A stretch of 64,000 bases of DNA from a bacterium. Its GTDB lineage: Bacteria; Zhuqueibacterota; Zhuqueibacteria; Residuimicrobiales; Krinioviventaceae. Location of the stretch: positions 992,001 to 1,056,000 of the forward strand of contig CAXXMD010000003.1 of assembly GCA_963675755.2 (NCBI GenBank), given 5' to 3'. Under the pieces are notes generated by a model, which made no database searches, was not told where the DNA came from, and saw nothing but the letters and a program-made list of their open reading frames with translations. Shown in pieces: positions 9,313 to 20,009 of this stretch; positions within the stretch are counted from its first letter, which is position 1; every line of letters begins with the position of its first letter. The translations under genes and the position numbers were made by a program.

Positions 9313-11847
9313 TTATTGATGGAAAAAAGTATTCAACTCTGATAAAATCTGTTCCCGCGATGCAAAAACATTTTTGCACTCTGGCAACGATCTTAGAAAG
9401 CGTTTACCATAGCTTTTATTAATAACACGATTGTCAAAGATAATTACACATCCCCTGTCTGTTTTTCGTCTGATCAGACGTCCGAATCCTTGTTTAAATT
9501 TCAACACGGCAAGTGGTACCGCATATTCCATAAACGGATTCCCGCCATCTTTTTCAATGGCCTCATATCTTGCTTCTATTATGGGCTCACTGGGTACCTG
9601 GAACGGCAGCTTGGTGATGATTACCGATTCCAGCGCGTCTCCCTCTACATCCACACCTTCCCAAAAACTGTCTGTACCAAACAATACCGATGTTTTTTCC
9701 CGCTTGAACTGGTTCAAAAGATCATGACGGTTCATACTGCCCTGTTTTAATACACGAATACCATGCTCGGCTAAAGGTCCTTCGAGCTGTCTGAATATCA
9801 TGTTCAACAGCCCGAATGAAGTAAACAGCACAAAAGCCCGTCCTTCAGAGACCAACAGTGCATCCAAAACAGACTTGGACAGTTCAGACGCAAAATTTTG
9901 ACTACGTGGGTCCGGCATATCTTTGGGCACCGCCATGATGACCTGTTCCTTATAATTAAACGGAGCAGGCAATTGCGCGCAAATGTTTCGTTTTTCCTCT
10001 ACCAGCGTCAATCCCAATCGTTCACGAATGAAATCAAACTTGTTATCGCTGGTTAGCGTTGCGGATGTCATAATTATGGTTTCAAAAGTATCAAAAACTG
10101 CTTCTTTCATTACCTGGTCGATATGCAGAGGTGAAACCTGAAAATGCAAAATTGACCGGTTGCGATAGGCCGGCTTTGCCTCAATCCATCGGATATCTTC
10201 TTCGCTCGAATTGAACAGCACTTCGGTTAAAATATCTGCAGCAGCTTCTATACGCTCGGCATTGGCTTCAACTTCAATGAGATTATTTAGCATCTCTTCA
10301 CCGTCAGAACGAACACCGCGCTTGACAGTTTCCGTTAAACGTAACAGTACTGATGACAAAATTTTCAACTGCTGAATAAATTCTTTAAAATGCGCATCTA
10401 ATCCCGTATCATAAATCACCTGATCAACAATATGAGGAAGCAGGCGCAGCTTGATTTCCTTTTCATCCAGAACACCGGTTTTTTGCTCTCGGGTCTGCAA
10501 AACCTGATAGAGCGAGTCCATAAGCTCGTCATTCATTGCAGCGATCTGTTCAATCAGATCAACCAGCTCTCCATCAATGGTCATGATAATTCGCTGCACA
10601 ATGTCGTCCGGTACAGCCGCTTTTTTTGATAATAAACGATGTTTTAATGTATGCAGATGCCCCTTGTAAATCGCTTTTTTACGACGGTGCAAACGGTTCA
10701 ATATACGCACCAAGCCCGCACGGGTAACCCGGCTGCCAAAATAGTGGGTTGCAACATGCTCCAGATGATGGGCTTCATCAAATACAATAGCCTGGTATGG
10801 AGGTAATATAGCAGCGTCGGCAAAGCTGCCGGTTTGCCGGCGTACCGCAAGGTCGGCAAATAACAGATGATGGTTCACCACCAGTATATGCGCTCGAGCG
10901 GCTTTACGACGGGCCTTGTTCACAAAACATTCACGAAAATATTTACACCGGCTGTGCGTACAGGTATCACTTTCAGCGGCAATTTTTTCCCATACTGTTG
11001 CGGAAGGAATGACCGAAAGGTCCGCTTTACTGCCGTCTTGAGATTGCCTTGCCCAATGGATCAGCTCCTGCAGCTCTTCAATCTCATGCTCTTCCGCAAG
11101 GGCTGCAAAGTCAGATTCTACATCATCCGCTTTGCGCAGACAGACATAATTGGAACGTCCTTTAACCAGCACAGCCTCAAATTCAGGGTCCAGTGCCTTT
11201 TGCAGTAACGGGATGTCTTTGTTGATCAATTGCTCTTGCAGATTAATTGTATTGGTAGATACTACAACTCGTGTTTTGTTTCGAACGGCCCAATAAATGG
11301 CAGGTACAAGATACGCCATGGTTTTTCCGGTACCGGTCCCTGCTTCTATCAATGCAATTTTTTTCTCGTTATACCCCGCACAAATAGAACTCAACATATC
11401 AATTTGCTGCTGGCGCTCTTCAAATCCATTAATGTGCCGGGCAATGGGACCTTCTTTTTGTAATAACGCTTCCATCTCTTGCAGATCCAGCAAGACTTTG
11501 TCGCGCTTGGCAAAAGGTTCAACCACTACGTATACATCATCTACATCATTGTTAACGATATAAAAAGCAACGCTGAAAGAATCGAGTCCCGAAGCAATAT
11601 TCAGATCGGGTGATGAGGGTTTGAGCATACCTGAGGGATGATTGTGAATGACAACATCCGCCTCCCGCGCAATTTTTAGGATAGCCGGTACGGCAGATTC
11701 GTTTCCCCGTGCAACAGCGTCTACTTTGTGAACAATCAAATCTTCTTCGGTATACCCTACAAAAAAGACTTCATTGCCGCCAGCTTCGGCAATAGCTTGC
11801 CGCATGGTTTCGATCGCTTCCGGGGATATATATTTTTCTATATTCAA
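9313..11847 (-). CDS. dinG: DinG/YoaA-family SF2 helicase with N-terminal RadC-like JAB/MPN domain
   Basis: EAGTGTGKT, VVSTNTINLQEQL, KGRSNYVC plus SDTC..C..C Fe-S cysteines, DEAH, FWEGVDV, KQGFGRLIR; N-terminus has E...HNHPSG..PS..D. Confidence 0.9.
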   Translation of the reverse strand: MNIEKYISPEAIETMRQAIAEAGGNEVFFVGYTEEDLIVHKVDAVARGNESAVPAILKIAREADVVIHNHPSGMLKPSSPDLNIASGLDSFSVAFYIVNNDVDDVYVVVEPFAKRDKVLLDLQEMEALLQKEGPIARHINGFEERQQQIDMLSSICAGYNEKKIALIEAGTGTGKTMAYLVPAIYWAVRNKTRVVVSTNTINLQEQLINKDIPLLQKALDPEFEAVLVKGRSNYVCLRKADDVESDFAALAEEHEIEELQELIHWARQSQDGSKADLSVIPSATVWEKIAAESDTCTHSRCKYFRECFVNKARRKAARAHILVVNHHLLFADLAVRRQTGSFADAAILPPYQAIVFDEAHHLEHVATHYFGSRVTRAGLVRILNRLHRRKKAIYKGHLHTLKHRLLSKKAAVPDDIVQRIIMTIDGELVDLIEQIAAMNDELMDSLYQVLQTREQKTGVLDEKEIKLRLLPHIVDQVIYDTGLDAHFKEFIQQLKILSSVLLRLTETVKRGVRSDGEEMLNNLIEVEANAERIEAAADILTEVLFNSSEEDIRWIEAKPAYRNRSILHFQVSPLHIDQVMKEAVFDTFETIIMTSATLTSDNKFDFIRERLGLTLVEEKRNICAQLPAPFNYKEQVIMAVPKDMPDPRSQNFASELSKSVLDALLVSEGRAFVLFTSFGLLNMIFRQLEGPLAEHGIRVLKQGSMNRHDLLNQFKREKTSVLFGTDSFWEGVDVEGDALESVIITKLPFQVPSEPIIEARYEAIEKDGGNPFMEYAVPLAVLKFKQGFGRLIRRKTDRGCVIIFDNRVINKSYGKRFLRSLPECKNVFASREQILSELNTFFHQ

Positions 11848-11855
11848 TGCATGCC

Positions 11856-12824
11856 TCAGGAGGGAAGCACTTCTTTGGTGGGCTCCAGATACTCGGCTTT
11901 ATAGCCAATATCTCTGATATAATTTGGAAAATCTTTATCACCATGAGTGGTATAAACCATGGCAGGGTCAACTTTTTTAATAAAATCCAAAAGTTCCTGA
12001 AAATCTGCATGATCACTCAAGGCAATAGAATGGTGACTATTGAACCGGAAACCCTTATTACTGTTGGCCCATCCGGATAAAAAAACAGTCCGGTATTGGT
12101 TTGGCAGATTTTTAATCCTTCGCGACATCATCAAATGGGGTGGAATAATCAATACTTCACCCATCACCATATCTTTTTCATACCAGGGCGAACAATTTTT
12201 AAAGCGTACCCCAAAATCATAATAGACCTTGGAAAAACGCCATGCCGAATGATGGACTTTGACCTTGTATCCCAGATCACCAATTATCTTCATAGCCTCC
12301 TGGGCCTTACCCAGACCATATCCCATCACCACCGGCGTAATGCCTTTGAGCAGGCAATCATCAATAAAGTCCATAATATCATCTACAAGCTTTTCACGGG
12401 AATGGGGATTCACATATTCCGGTCTGCCAAAAGTGGATTCCATAATCAGAATATCTGCCTGAGGAATCTGGATAGGTTCGCAGGTCTCGTTCTCCTGCAC
12501 CTTGAAATCACCGGAATACAATAGAGATTGACCCTCGTAATCAACTTTGATCATTGCAGAACCAAGCACATGGCCCGCAGAGTACAAGGTAATTTTAGAA
12601 TTATCAAGTTCAAAAGTGTCGCCATAGTCAAGAGAGATTGTCTCTTTTTGTTTAGCGCGCATGGCATGAAAACGCAGGGTGGCAGGTGTGCCCAGAACCA
12701 TGTCATGATTTTTTAAATGATCACTATGTCCGTGAGAAATAAAAGAAAAGGGAGTTTTTCGATGTGCATCAATCCAAAAAGGGGTGTGTTTTAATTTAAC
12801 GCCGCGTACATCATATGAGAACAT
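11856..12824 (-). CDS. MBL-fold beta-CASP nuclease (ligase-associated exonuclease/SNM1-like)
   Basis: SHGHSDH, AGHVLGSA, YSGDFK, MESTFG, LGKAQE, LSGW, LSDHAD, THG motifs. Confidence 0.85.
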   Translation of the reverse strand: MFSYDVRGVKLKHTPFWIDAHRKTPFSFISHGHSDHLKNHDMVLGTPATLRFHAMRAKQKETISLDYGDTFELDNSKITLYSAGHVLGSAMIKVDYEGQSLLYSGDFKVQENETCEPIQIPQADILIMESTFGRPEYVNPHSREKLVDDIMDFIDDCLLKGITPVVMGYGLGKAQEAMKIIGDLGYKVKVHHSAWRFSKVYYDFGVRFKNCSPWYEKDMVMGEVLIIPPHLMMSRRIKNLPNQYRTVFLSGWANSNKGFRFNSHHSIALSDHADFQELLDFIKKVDPAMVYTTHGDKDFPNYIRDIGYKAEYLEPTKEVLPS

Positions 12825-12839
12825 AAGCTTTTTAATTTG

Positions 12840-13424
12840 TTATAATATCTGGTTAATTTTATCTAAAAAGTACTGATGGACCATAGGATCATCAGACAAT
12901 TCCGGGTGAAAAGATGCCACCAGAATGTTACCTTGTTCGGCAAGCACAACGTTATCATTGTGCCAGCCCAAAGGTTTTACACCGTTACCACAGGAAACGA
13001 TTCTGGGAGCTCTAATAAAGACACCTTCATACTTTTCAGTCTTGCCATTCAATTCAAGACGTACATCATCTATAAAGGAATCTACCTGGCGGCCATACGC
13101 ATTACGTGCGGTTTCAATATCAATTAATCCCAGCGTATCAACCGGTTCACGGGTAATGGTCTTTGACAACATGATCAATCCTGCACAGGTCCCGAAAACC
13201 GGGTGATCTTGAGCAAACTCGATCACCGGTTTCCACATGTCATGTTTTTTTAACAACAATGACAGCGTGGTAGACTCGCCACCAGGAACAATAAGACCAC
13301 CGCACTTTAAAAGTTCGGCAACTGTTTTTACCAAAAGAACGTTGACGCCCAGAGAATCCAGCATTTTCTGATGTTTATCAAAATCACCCTGAAGCGCTAA
13401 AATACCGACTGTTTTCATATTCAC
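12840..13424 (-). CDS. pdxT: Pyridoxal 5'-phosphate synthase glutaminase subunit
   Basis: GILALQGDF, PGGESTT, GTCAG, RNAYGRQVDSF, FIRAP, SFHPEL. Confidence 0.96.
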   Translation of the reverse strand: MNMKTVGILALQGDFDKHQKMLDSLGVNVLLVKTVAELLKCGGLIVPGGESTTLSLLLKKHDMWKPVIEFAQDHPVFGTCAGLIMLSKTITREPVDTLGLIDIETARNAYGRQVDSFIDDVRLELNGKTEKYEGVFIRAPRIVSCGNGVKPLGWHNDNVVLAEQGNILVASFHPELSDDPMVHQYFLDKINQIL

Positions 13425-13445
13425 TATCCGAAAATGCAGGTCCGC

Positions 13446-14330
13446 TTACCAACCACGGTCAGCCATCCGCTCCTCTTTTGGGATCGATGACATTTCAAGA
13501 CCCGGCATAGCGTCGCCCAGACCTTCTGAAACGCGGGCAATCAAATCAAAATCCATATAATGTGTTGTAGCAGAAACAATCGCTTTTGCCCGTGATTCGG
13601 GATCATCAGATTTAAAAATACCACTACCAACAAACACAGTTTCAGCGCCCAACTGCATCATTAAAGACGCATCCGCAGGAGTAGCAACGCCACCCGCAGA
13701 AAAATTGGGTACAGGTAGTTTTCCGGTTTCTTTGATCTGACGCAGCAGTTCAACCGGTGCACCAAGATTTTTGGCTTCGGTTACCAGTTCTTCTTCACCC
13801 AATGTGGTGATACGTCTGAGTCCGCTTTGTACGGTACGCATATGACGAACCGCTTCTACAATATTTCCGCTGCCGGCCTCGCCTTTGGTACGGATCATTG
13901 CCGCACCTTCAGAAATACGACGCAGGGCTTCGCCCAAATTACGACATCCACAAACAAACGGTACTTTGAATTTCCATTTATCTACATGAAATTCTTCATC
14001 AGCAGGAGTAAGAACTTCACTTTCATCTATAAAATCTACACCCAATGCTTCTAATACCTGGGCTTCTGCAAAATGGCCTATACGACATTTCGCCATTACC
14101 GGAATAGAAACAACTTGCTGTATCGCTTTAATAACCGTTGGATCAGACATACGTGCAACACCGCCATGCGCTCTAATGTCCGCAGGGATACGCTCAAGTG
14201 CCATAACAGCTACTGCACCGGCACTTTCCGCAATTTTGGCCTGTTCCGGAGTCGTCACATCCATAATGACTCCGCCTTTGAGCATTTCTGCCAGGCCTAC
14301 TTTTAATTTAAAATCATTAGCGTCTTTCAT
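13446..14330 (-). CDS. pdxS: Pyridoxal 5'-phosphate synthase lyase subunit
   Basis: [57 protein letters not shown]. Confidence 0.98.
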   Translation of the reverse strand: MKDANDFKLKVGLAEMLKGGVIMDVTTPEQAKIAESAGAVAVMALERIPADIRAHGGVARMSDPTVIKAIQQVVSIPVMAKCRIGHFAEAQVLEALGVDFIDESEVLTPADEEFHVDKWKFKVPFVCGCRNLGEALRRISEGAAMIRTKGEAGSGNIVEAVRHMRTVQSGLRRITTLGEEELVTEAKNLGAPVELLRQIKETGKLPVPNFSAGGVATPADASLMMQLGAETVFVGSGIFKSDDPESRAKAIVSATTHYMDFDLIARVSEGLGDAMPGLEMSSIPKEERMADRGW

Positions 14331-14451
14331 CGCTCACGCCTCTCTTTATTAATTAGAAAAGTAATCTAAATATTTAATATCAAATATTCAAGAAAAATAC
14401 GTTATTAAAACGTTAGTTCATTGAATGTTATTTCCGGTTTGAAGGTTTGGA

Positions 14452-16638
14452 TTATAAACCCAAACGACGGTTGTTAGACGAGCGGCTCTCACGCTCACCG
14501 GTGTGCTTTTCACATTTGGTTTGCGGTAGAAAACGTACGTCACAGATTTCGCCAAGAACATCCGGACAATAATCCGTTGCCAGCTGCTTGGTTTCACGAC
14601 ACACTTCAACCTGTACCACATTTTCCGGTTTTTCAAAATCCATAACCGGTAACTGCAACGTATCGTGCGCGGCTTTGATAAACGGAGCATTGATGGGCAG
14701 TGCTGCTCTGGCTCCTGATTGTCTTTCTCCTAACGACATGGACGGATCATCTAATCCCACCCAGACACCCGATACAATCTGCGGTGTAAAGGTTACATAC
14801 CAGGCGTCAGTAAAGTCGTTGGTAGTTCCGGTTTTACCACCCGCCGGACGATAAAAATTATATCGTGATCTGGAAGCAATACCCGTTCCTCGTGACGCAA
14901 CCGTTTTTAACAAATCTGCAATTATATATGCGGTTTCTTCCCGCAATACCCCTTTACTTTGCGGATTTGCGCGGTCTATTACATTACCATATTTATCTTC
15001 TACTCTGCTCACATAGTGCGGTTCTACTAAAACGCCCTTGTTGGCAAACGCGCCAAAAGCAGATATAATTTCTATAGGATGAACACCAATAGCACCCAGG
15101 GCAATTGCATCTACCGCCTGTAATGGTGTTGTAATACCCAGATAGCGGGCATAACGGATTACTTCTTCCGGTGGCACATCTTCCTGTACCAGTCTTGCGG
15201 TAACCAGGTTCAAAGAACGCCGCAGCGCTTCACGCATGGTTGTCAAACCGCCCAAAGATCCATCATAATTGTGCGGAGTCCAGCGTGTACCGTCTACCAT
15301 ATGAACAACAATGGGCTGATTCAGTTTTTCATAAAAAGGCATTATTCCATTGTCAACGGCAGCAGTATAAACAAAGGGTTTGAAAACCGAACCCGGCTGA
15401 CGAACAGCCTGTACAGCTCTGTTAAACTCACTCTCTTTAAAATCACGTCCGCCAATCATGGCAAGTATGTTCCCGGTTCGGGGATCAAGAGCAACCAACG
15501 CTACCTGAACTTTACACTTTAATGCAATCAATGAATCTACATATGCTGTATCCGCCATAATGGCTTCCAGTGAGCGCTTTTCAAGCATGCTGGGAGGTAC
15601 CAGTCTTACAAAGTTTTTCCTTTTGTGCATATTACGGTTCACAACCTTTTGCAGTTCCGGCAAATGGTTTTTCACCGCACTCTCTGCACAGGCTTGCACG
15701 CGACTGTCAAGCGTTGTAAAAATCTGCATTCCGCTTGTATAGATCTCGGTACTGTCTTTGGCGTACATTTTTCTGCGTACTTCTTCGGTAAAATAGGGAG
15801 CAATATCTATATTTACTGTACTGTCCTGACTTGCAAAAACAATATCTTTTTGGACCGCTTCATCATACTCTTTGGCAGTAATAAACTCGTGTCTCAGCAT
15901 ACGACGAAGCACAAGATCACGTCGGGTTTTGACATAATTTTGAATACGTTCATTTCTAGCATACAAAGATGGATTCAACCTTCCCGGTGCCTGCAGCATA
16001 CCGGTTAAAACCGCGCATTCTTCAACTCCCAATTCCGTATTGGTTTTGCCAAAATATTTTTGTGCGGCGGCTTCGTATCCATAAGTGCCAAATGCAAACT
16101 GAACATGATTTAAATACATCTCCATCAGTTCGTCTTTGGTATAACGTCGTTCAAGCTGAATTGCCGTGAATACTTCATTGATCTTGCGGGTTACGTTTTT
16201 ATCAAGGGTAAGATACAAAGTACGGGCAAGCTGTTGTGTAATGGTACTTGCTCCTTCTTCCTTGCTTCCTGTTAACAAAAAACTCAGGGTTACTTTGACA
16301 AAACGAGGCGGATAAATACCCCAGTGTTTTCCAAAGTGATGATCTTCTGTTGCAAGAATAGAATTAACAACAAGCGGAGCAAACTCTGACAAAGGTTTGT
16401 AAATACGCTGGTCTGTTAAAAACTCTTTTAATAAAACTCCATCCGCTGAATATACTTGAGAAGGCAGATTTGGAGAAATATTTTCAAGTCTTTCTGAATC
16501 GGGAAGGTTTCGGGTAAAGATAAAAATAAATGCAACACCCAGTACAGCAATACCCAAAACCAAATATAAAAACCTGTTGATAAATTTTCTTAATACTGTT
16601 TTTTCTTTTTTAGGTTGATTGTTTTTTCTTCTTTTCAT
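14452..16638 (-). CDS. Class A penicillin-binding protein (PBP1A family)
   Basis: GT51 motifs EDHHF and GASTITQQLAR; transpeptidase SVFK, SLN, KTGT. Confidence 0.92.
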   Translation of the reverse strand: MKRRKNNQPKKEKTVLRKFINRFLYLVLGIAVLGVAFIFIFTRNLPDSERLENISPNLPSQVYSADGVLLKEFLTDQRIYKPLSEFAPLVVNSILATEDHHFGKHWGIYPPRFVKVTLSFLLTGSKEEGASTITQQLARTLYLTLDKNVTRKINEVFTAIQLERRYTKDELMEMYLNHVQFAFGTYGYEAAAQKYFGKTNTELGVEECAVLTGMLQAPGRLNPSLYARNERIQNYVKTRRDLVLRRMLRHEFITAKEYDEAVQKDIVFASQDSTVNIDIAPYFTEEVRRKMYAKDSTEIYTSGMQIFTTLDSRVQACAESAVKNHLPELQKVVNRNMHKRKNFVRLVPPSMLEKRSLEAIMADTAYVDSLIALKCKVQVALVALDPRTGNILAMIGGRDFKESEFNRAVQAVRQPGSVFKPFVYTAAVDNGIMPFYEKLNQPIVVHMVDGTRWTPHNYDGSLGGLTTMREALRRSLNLVTARLVQEDVPPEEVIRYARYLGITTPLQAVDAIALGAIGVHPIEIISAFGAFANKGVLVEPHYVSRVEDKYGNVIDRANPQSKGVLREETAYIIADLLKTVASRGTGIASRSRYNFYRPAGGKTGTTNDFTDAWYVTFTPQIVSGVWVGLDDPSMSLGERQSGARAALPINAPFIKAAHDTLQLPVMDFEKPENVVQVEVCRETKQLATDYCPDVLGEICDVRFLPQTKCEKHTGERESRSSNNRRLGL

Positions 16639-16660
16639 CTCTATTCAGTTCATCGTCCTG

Positions 16661-17686
16661 TTAATATTGTTTAATCTGGGTCAGGATTTTCCTGTACAAA
16701 TTCAAATTTTCTAAAACCATACCGGTACCCCGCACAACAGCCAGTTTGGGCTCTTCAGACACAATAACGGGCAACTTTGTTTCTTCTCGCAGACGAAGAT
16801 CAAGTCCGGTCAACAGCGAAGCCCCACCAGACATTAAAATCCCTCTGTCCAGAATGTCAGCAGAGAGTTCGGGAGGAGTAGATTCCAGGCATTGTTTTAC
16901 CGCGCTCACAATAGAGTCCACAGTTTCTGTCAATGCATCCTGAATTTGCATAGCCGTTATATCAACGGTTTTGGGTATACCTTCAATTAAATCACGACCC
17001 TTTACAGCTGTACCGCCATCCGGTGTGACCGGTGCGGCGCTGCCATATTCACATTTTAACAATTCCGCTGTATTTTCACCGATCAGCAGATTGAATTCTT
17101 TTTTAAAGTATTGGATAATAGCTTCATTCATTTCATCGCCACCAATACGCACAGAAGTTGCATTCACTATACCATACATAGAAATCACTGCAATCTCTGT
17201 GGTGCCTCCACCTATATCAATCACCATACTTCCCACCGGTTGATCAATAGGCAGCCCCAAACCAATAGCCGCAGCCATAGGTTCTTCAATGAGATGTACT
17301 TCTTTGGCTCCGGCATGTTCGGCAGCATCCCGTACGGCTCGTTTTTCCACTTCGGTAATTCCAGATGGAATACATATCGCAATACGGGGCCTGGGAATCA
17401 ACGAAGGTGATGATTTTTTTATGAAATAACGGATCATTTGTTCCGCAAGATCAAAGTCTGCAATCACACCATCTTTTAAGGGACGAACAGTAATAATTTC
17501 TCCGGGTGTTCGCCCTACCATCTCTTTTGCTTCAAAACCAAAAGCCAATATCTCTTGTGTGCGTTTTCGTATGGCGACCACAGAGGGCTCATTTAATACA
17601 ATATCCCGGTTCTTGGCAAATACCAGTGTATTTGCAGTACCCAGATCAATTGCAAGATCGTTAGAAAACAGGGAAGATAGTTTCAT
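16661..17686 (-). CDS. mreB: Rod shape-determining protein MreB
   Basis: DLGTANT, RPLKDGVIADF, TEVEKRAV, DIGGGTTE, TPPELSADI. Confidence 0.95.
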   Translation of the reverse strand: MKLSSLFSNDLAIDLGTANTLVFAKNRDIVLNEPSVVAIRKRTQEILAFGFEAKEMVGRTPGEIITVRPLKDGVIADFDLAEQMIRYFIKKSSPSLIPRPRIAICIPSGITEVEKRAVRDAAEHAGAKEVHLIEEPMAAAIGLGLPIDQPVGSMVIDIGGGTTEIAVISMYGIVNATSVRIGGDEMNEAIIQYFKKEFNLLIGENTAELLKCEYGSAAPVTPDGGTAVKGRDLIEGIPKTVDITAMQIQDALTETVDSIVSAVKQCLESTPPELSADILDRGILMSGGASLLTGLDLRLREETKLPVIVSEEPKLAVVRGTGMVLENLNLYRKILTQIKQY

Positions 17687-17713
17687 ATCTAATACTCTTG
17701 GTTATTATCTAAA

Positions 17714-19279
17714 TTAATGACGGAAATGCCGTGTACCGGTCATAACCATTGCCATATTGTGTTCATCTGCCGCGGTTACAACCTCTTCATCACGAACCGA
17801 TCCACCGGGCTGAATTACTGCTACTGCACCAGCTTCTGCCGCAGCATCCACTCCATCGCGGAACGGAAAGTACGCATCCGAGATCAGTACCGAATTATCA
17901 AGCGAAAGACCTGCGTCATGGGCTTTTTGAACTGCAAATTTTGATGAATCAACACGTGACATTTGTCCGGCGCCTATACCCAGCACTCTGGATTCATTCA
18001 CAAAAATTACCGCGTTACTTTTGACCCATTTACAGATTTTCCAGCCAAACTCCATAGCCAGCCATTCAGAGTCGGTAGGTTGACGTTTTGTAGCCACCTT
18101 GAATTGAGATTTATCATCAAATCCCAGATCCAGATTCTGCATCAGATAACCACCGGATACCGATCTCAAATCATTACCCTTGAACACAGGATTATCCTGG
18201 GGCCATTCAATTAAACGAATGTTTTTCTTTTTGGTCAATATTTCAAATGCTTTTTCAGAAAAAGAGGGGGCTACAATTACTTCTAAAAAGACTTTGGACA
18301 TTTTTTCAGCCATCTCTTCATTGATTTCACGGTTGGCCGCAACAATACCACCATACGCGGAAACCGGATCTGTCTCATTTGCCATTTCATACGCTTTGGC
18401 AATATCTTCATCCATTGCCGCGCCACAAGGATTATTGTGCTTTAATATTACAACACCAGGGCGATCAAATTCCTGTGACAATCCAATTGCAGCATTCAGA
18501 TCCAGAATATTATTAAAGCTGAGTTCTTTACCATGGAGCTTGTTGGCAGCAACAATACCATAAGGTTCAAGTGTTGCGTCAGCATAATATGCGGCATTTT
18601 GATGGGGATTTTCACCATATCTTAATCCCTGGACTTTTTTCAATTTTAAATTTATTGTATCAGGCATTTCTGCTTCTTCTGTGCCTTTGGCAAGATATGC
18701 TGAAATAGCAGTGTCATATTCAGCTGTACGTTGGAAAGCGGCGAGTGACAGGGCTTTGCGGGTTTCCAAAGTAAGGCTGCCATTTCCTGTTTCCAGTTCA
18801 TTCATAACCGTTTCATATTGTGAAGCATCGGTCAATACAGCAACGCCAGGGAAATTCTTGGCTGCTGCACGAATCATACAGGGGCCGCCTATATCAATAT
18901 TTTCAAGAGCGGTATCAATTGTTACATCGGGCTGAGCTACTGTCTTTTCAAAAGGATACAGGTTCACAACTACCATATCAATAGGGGTAATGTCATGCGC
19001 TTTAATTTCTTCCATCTGTTCGGGTTTACTACGCTTGGCAAGAATGCCGCCATGCACACGGGGATGAAGGGTTTTTACGCGTCCTCCCAATATTTCAGGG
19101 AATCCGGTAACATCTGATACAGAAGTGACGGCTATGCCGCTTTCAGTTAAATGCTTTGCTGTTCCACCAGTCGATAAAATTTCCACACCCATTTCAACCA
19201 ATCTTTTTGCAAAATCAACCAGTCCGGTCTTGTCATAAACACTAATTAATGCCCGTTTTATATTAACGTCTGCTGACAC
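17714..19279 (-). CDS. purH: Bifunctional AICAR transformylase/IMP cyclohydrolase
   Basis: [48 protein letters not shown]. Confidence 0.98.
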   Translation of the reverse strand: MSADVNIKRALISVYDKTGLVDFAKRLVEMGVEILSTGGTAKHLTESGIAVTSVSDVTGFPEILGGRVKTLHPRVHGGILAKRSKPEQMEEIKAHDITPIDMVVVNLYPFEKTVAQPDVTIDTALENIDIGGPCMIRAAAKNFPGVAVLTDASQYETVMNELETGNGSLTLETRKALSLAAFQRTAEYDTAISAYLAKGTEEAEMPDTINLKLKKVQGLRYGENPHQNAAYYADATLEPYGIVAANKLHGKELSFNNILDLNAAIGLSQEFDRPGVVILKHNNPCGAAMDEDIAKAYEMANETDPVSAYGGIVAANREINEEMAEKMSKVFLEVIVAPSFSEKAFEILTKKKNIRLIEWPQDNPVFKGNDLRSVSGGYLMQNLDLGFDDKSQFKVATKRQPTDSEWLAMEFGWKICKWVKSNAVIFVNESRVLGIGAGQMSRVDSSKFAVQKAHDAGLSLDNSVLISDAYFPFRDGVDAAAEAGAVAVIQPGGSVRDEEVVTAADEHNMAMVMTGTRHFRH

Positions 19280-19364
19280 CTGAAACTCCTTTATTTATAA
19301 TTTTCAGTATTAAATAATTATTAATATAGTGAAAAATACATCTTTATGCAATAACGCACATTGT

Positions 19365-20009
19365 TCAGTCTTCTTTAATGACGACTTTCCTGCCTTCCAC
19401 TGAAATGCACCTGTCAGCGAAATATTTTATAGCCTGCGGATAGATTTCATGTTCTATTTTGAGAACTCGCTGATGCAGGGTTTCTACCGTATCGTCACAT
19501 TTTACCGGCACACATTTCTGACAAACCGGAGGGCCGGTATCATACTCTTCATCTACAATATGCACGGTAGCTCCGGATACTTTGGCGCCATAATCCAACA
19601 CTGCCTGATGAACATTTTTGCCATACAATCCCTGTCCGCCAAAAGATGGCAATAACGCCGGATGAATATTCAGCATTCGGCCCTTGTAAGCACGAACAAC
19701 CTCGGTTGGCATCTTGCGCATGTATCCCGCCAGCACAACCAAATCGGTTTCATACTTTTCCAGCACGCTTAGCATGTGGTCAGAAAACGCTTTAAAATCT
19801 TCAAAGTGTGTGTGCGAAATATGATGTGAAGGAATATTGTGCTGTCTAGCCAGCTCCATTGCACCCGCTTTTGATTTATTGCAAATAATTGTAACCACTT
19901 TTGCATTGATATCGCCAGCTTCAATGTGCTTTAAGATGGATGCTATATTTGATCCCCTGCCGGAAGCAAAAGCAGCGATTTTTAAAGGAGCACTTGTTTT
20001 ATCTGCCAT
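19365..20009 (-). CDS. purN: Phosphoribosylglycinamide formyltransferase
   Basis: ASGRGSN, LAGYM, NIHPALLP, GATVH..DEEYDTGP. Confidence 0.96.
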   Translation of the reverse strand: MADKTSAPLKIAAFASGRGSNIASILKHIEAGDINAKVVTIICNKSKAGAMELARQHNIPSHHISHTHFEDFKAFSDHMLSVLEKYETDLVVLAGYMRKMPTEVVRAYKGRMLNIHPALLPSFGGQGLYGKNVHQAVLDYGAKVSGATVHIVDEEYDTGPPVCQKCVPVKCDDTVETLHQRVLKIEHEIYPQAIKYFADRCISVEGRKVVIKED

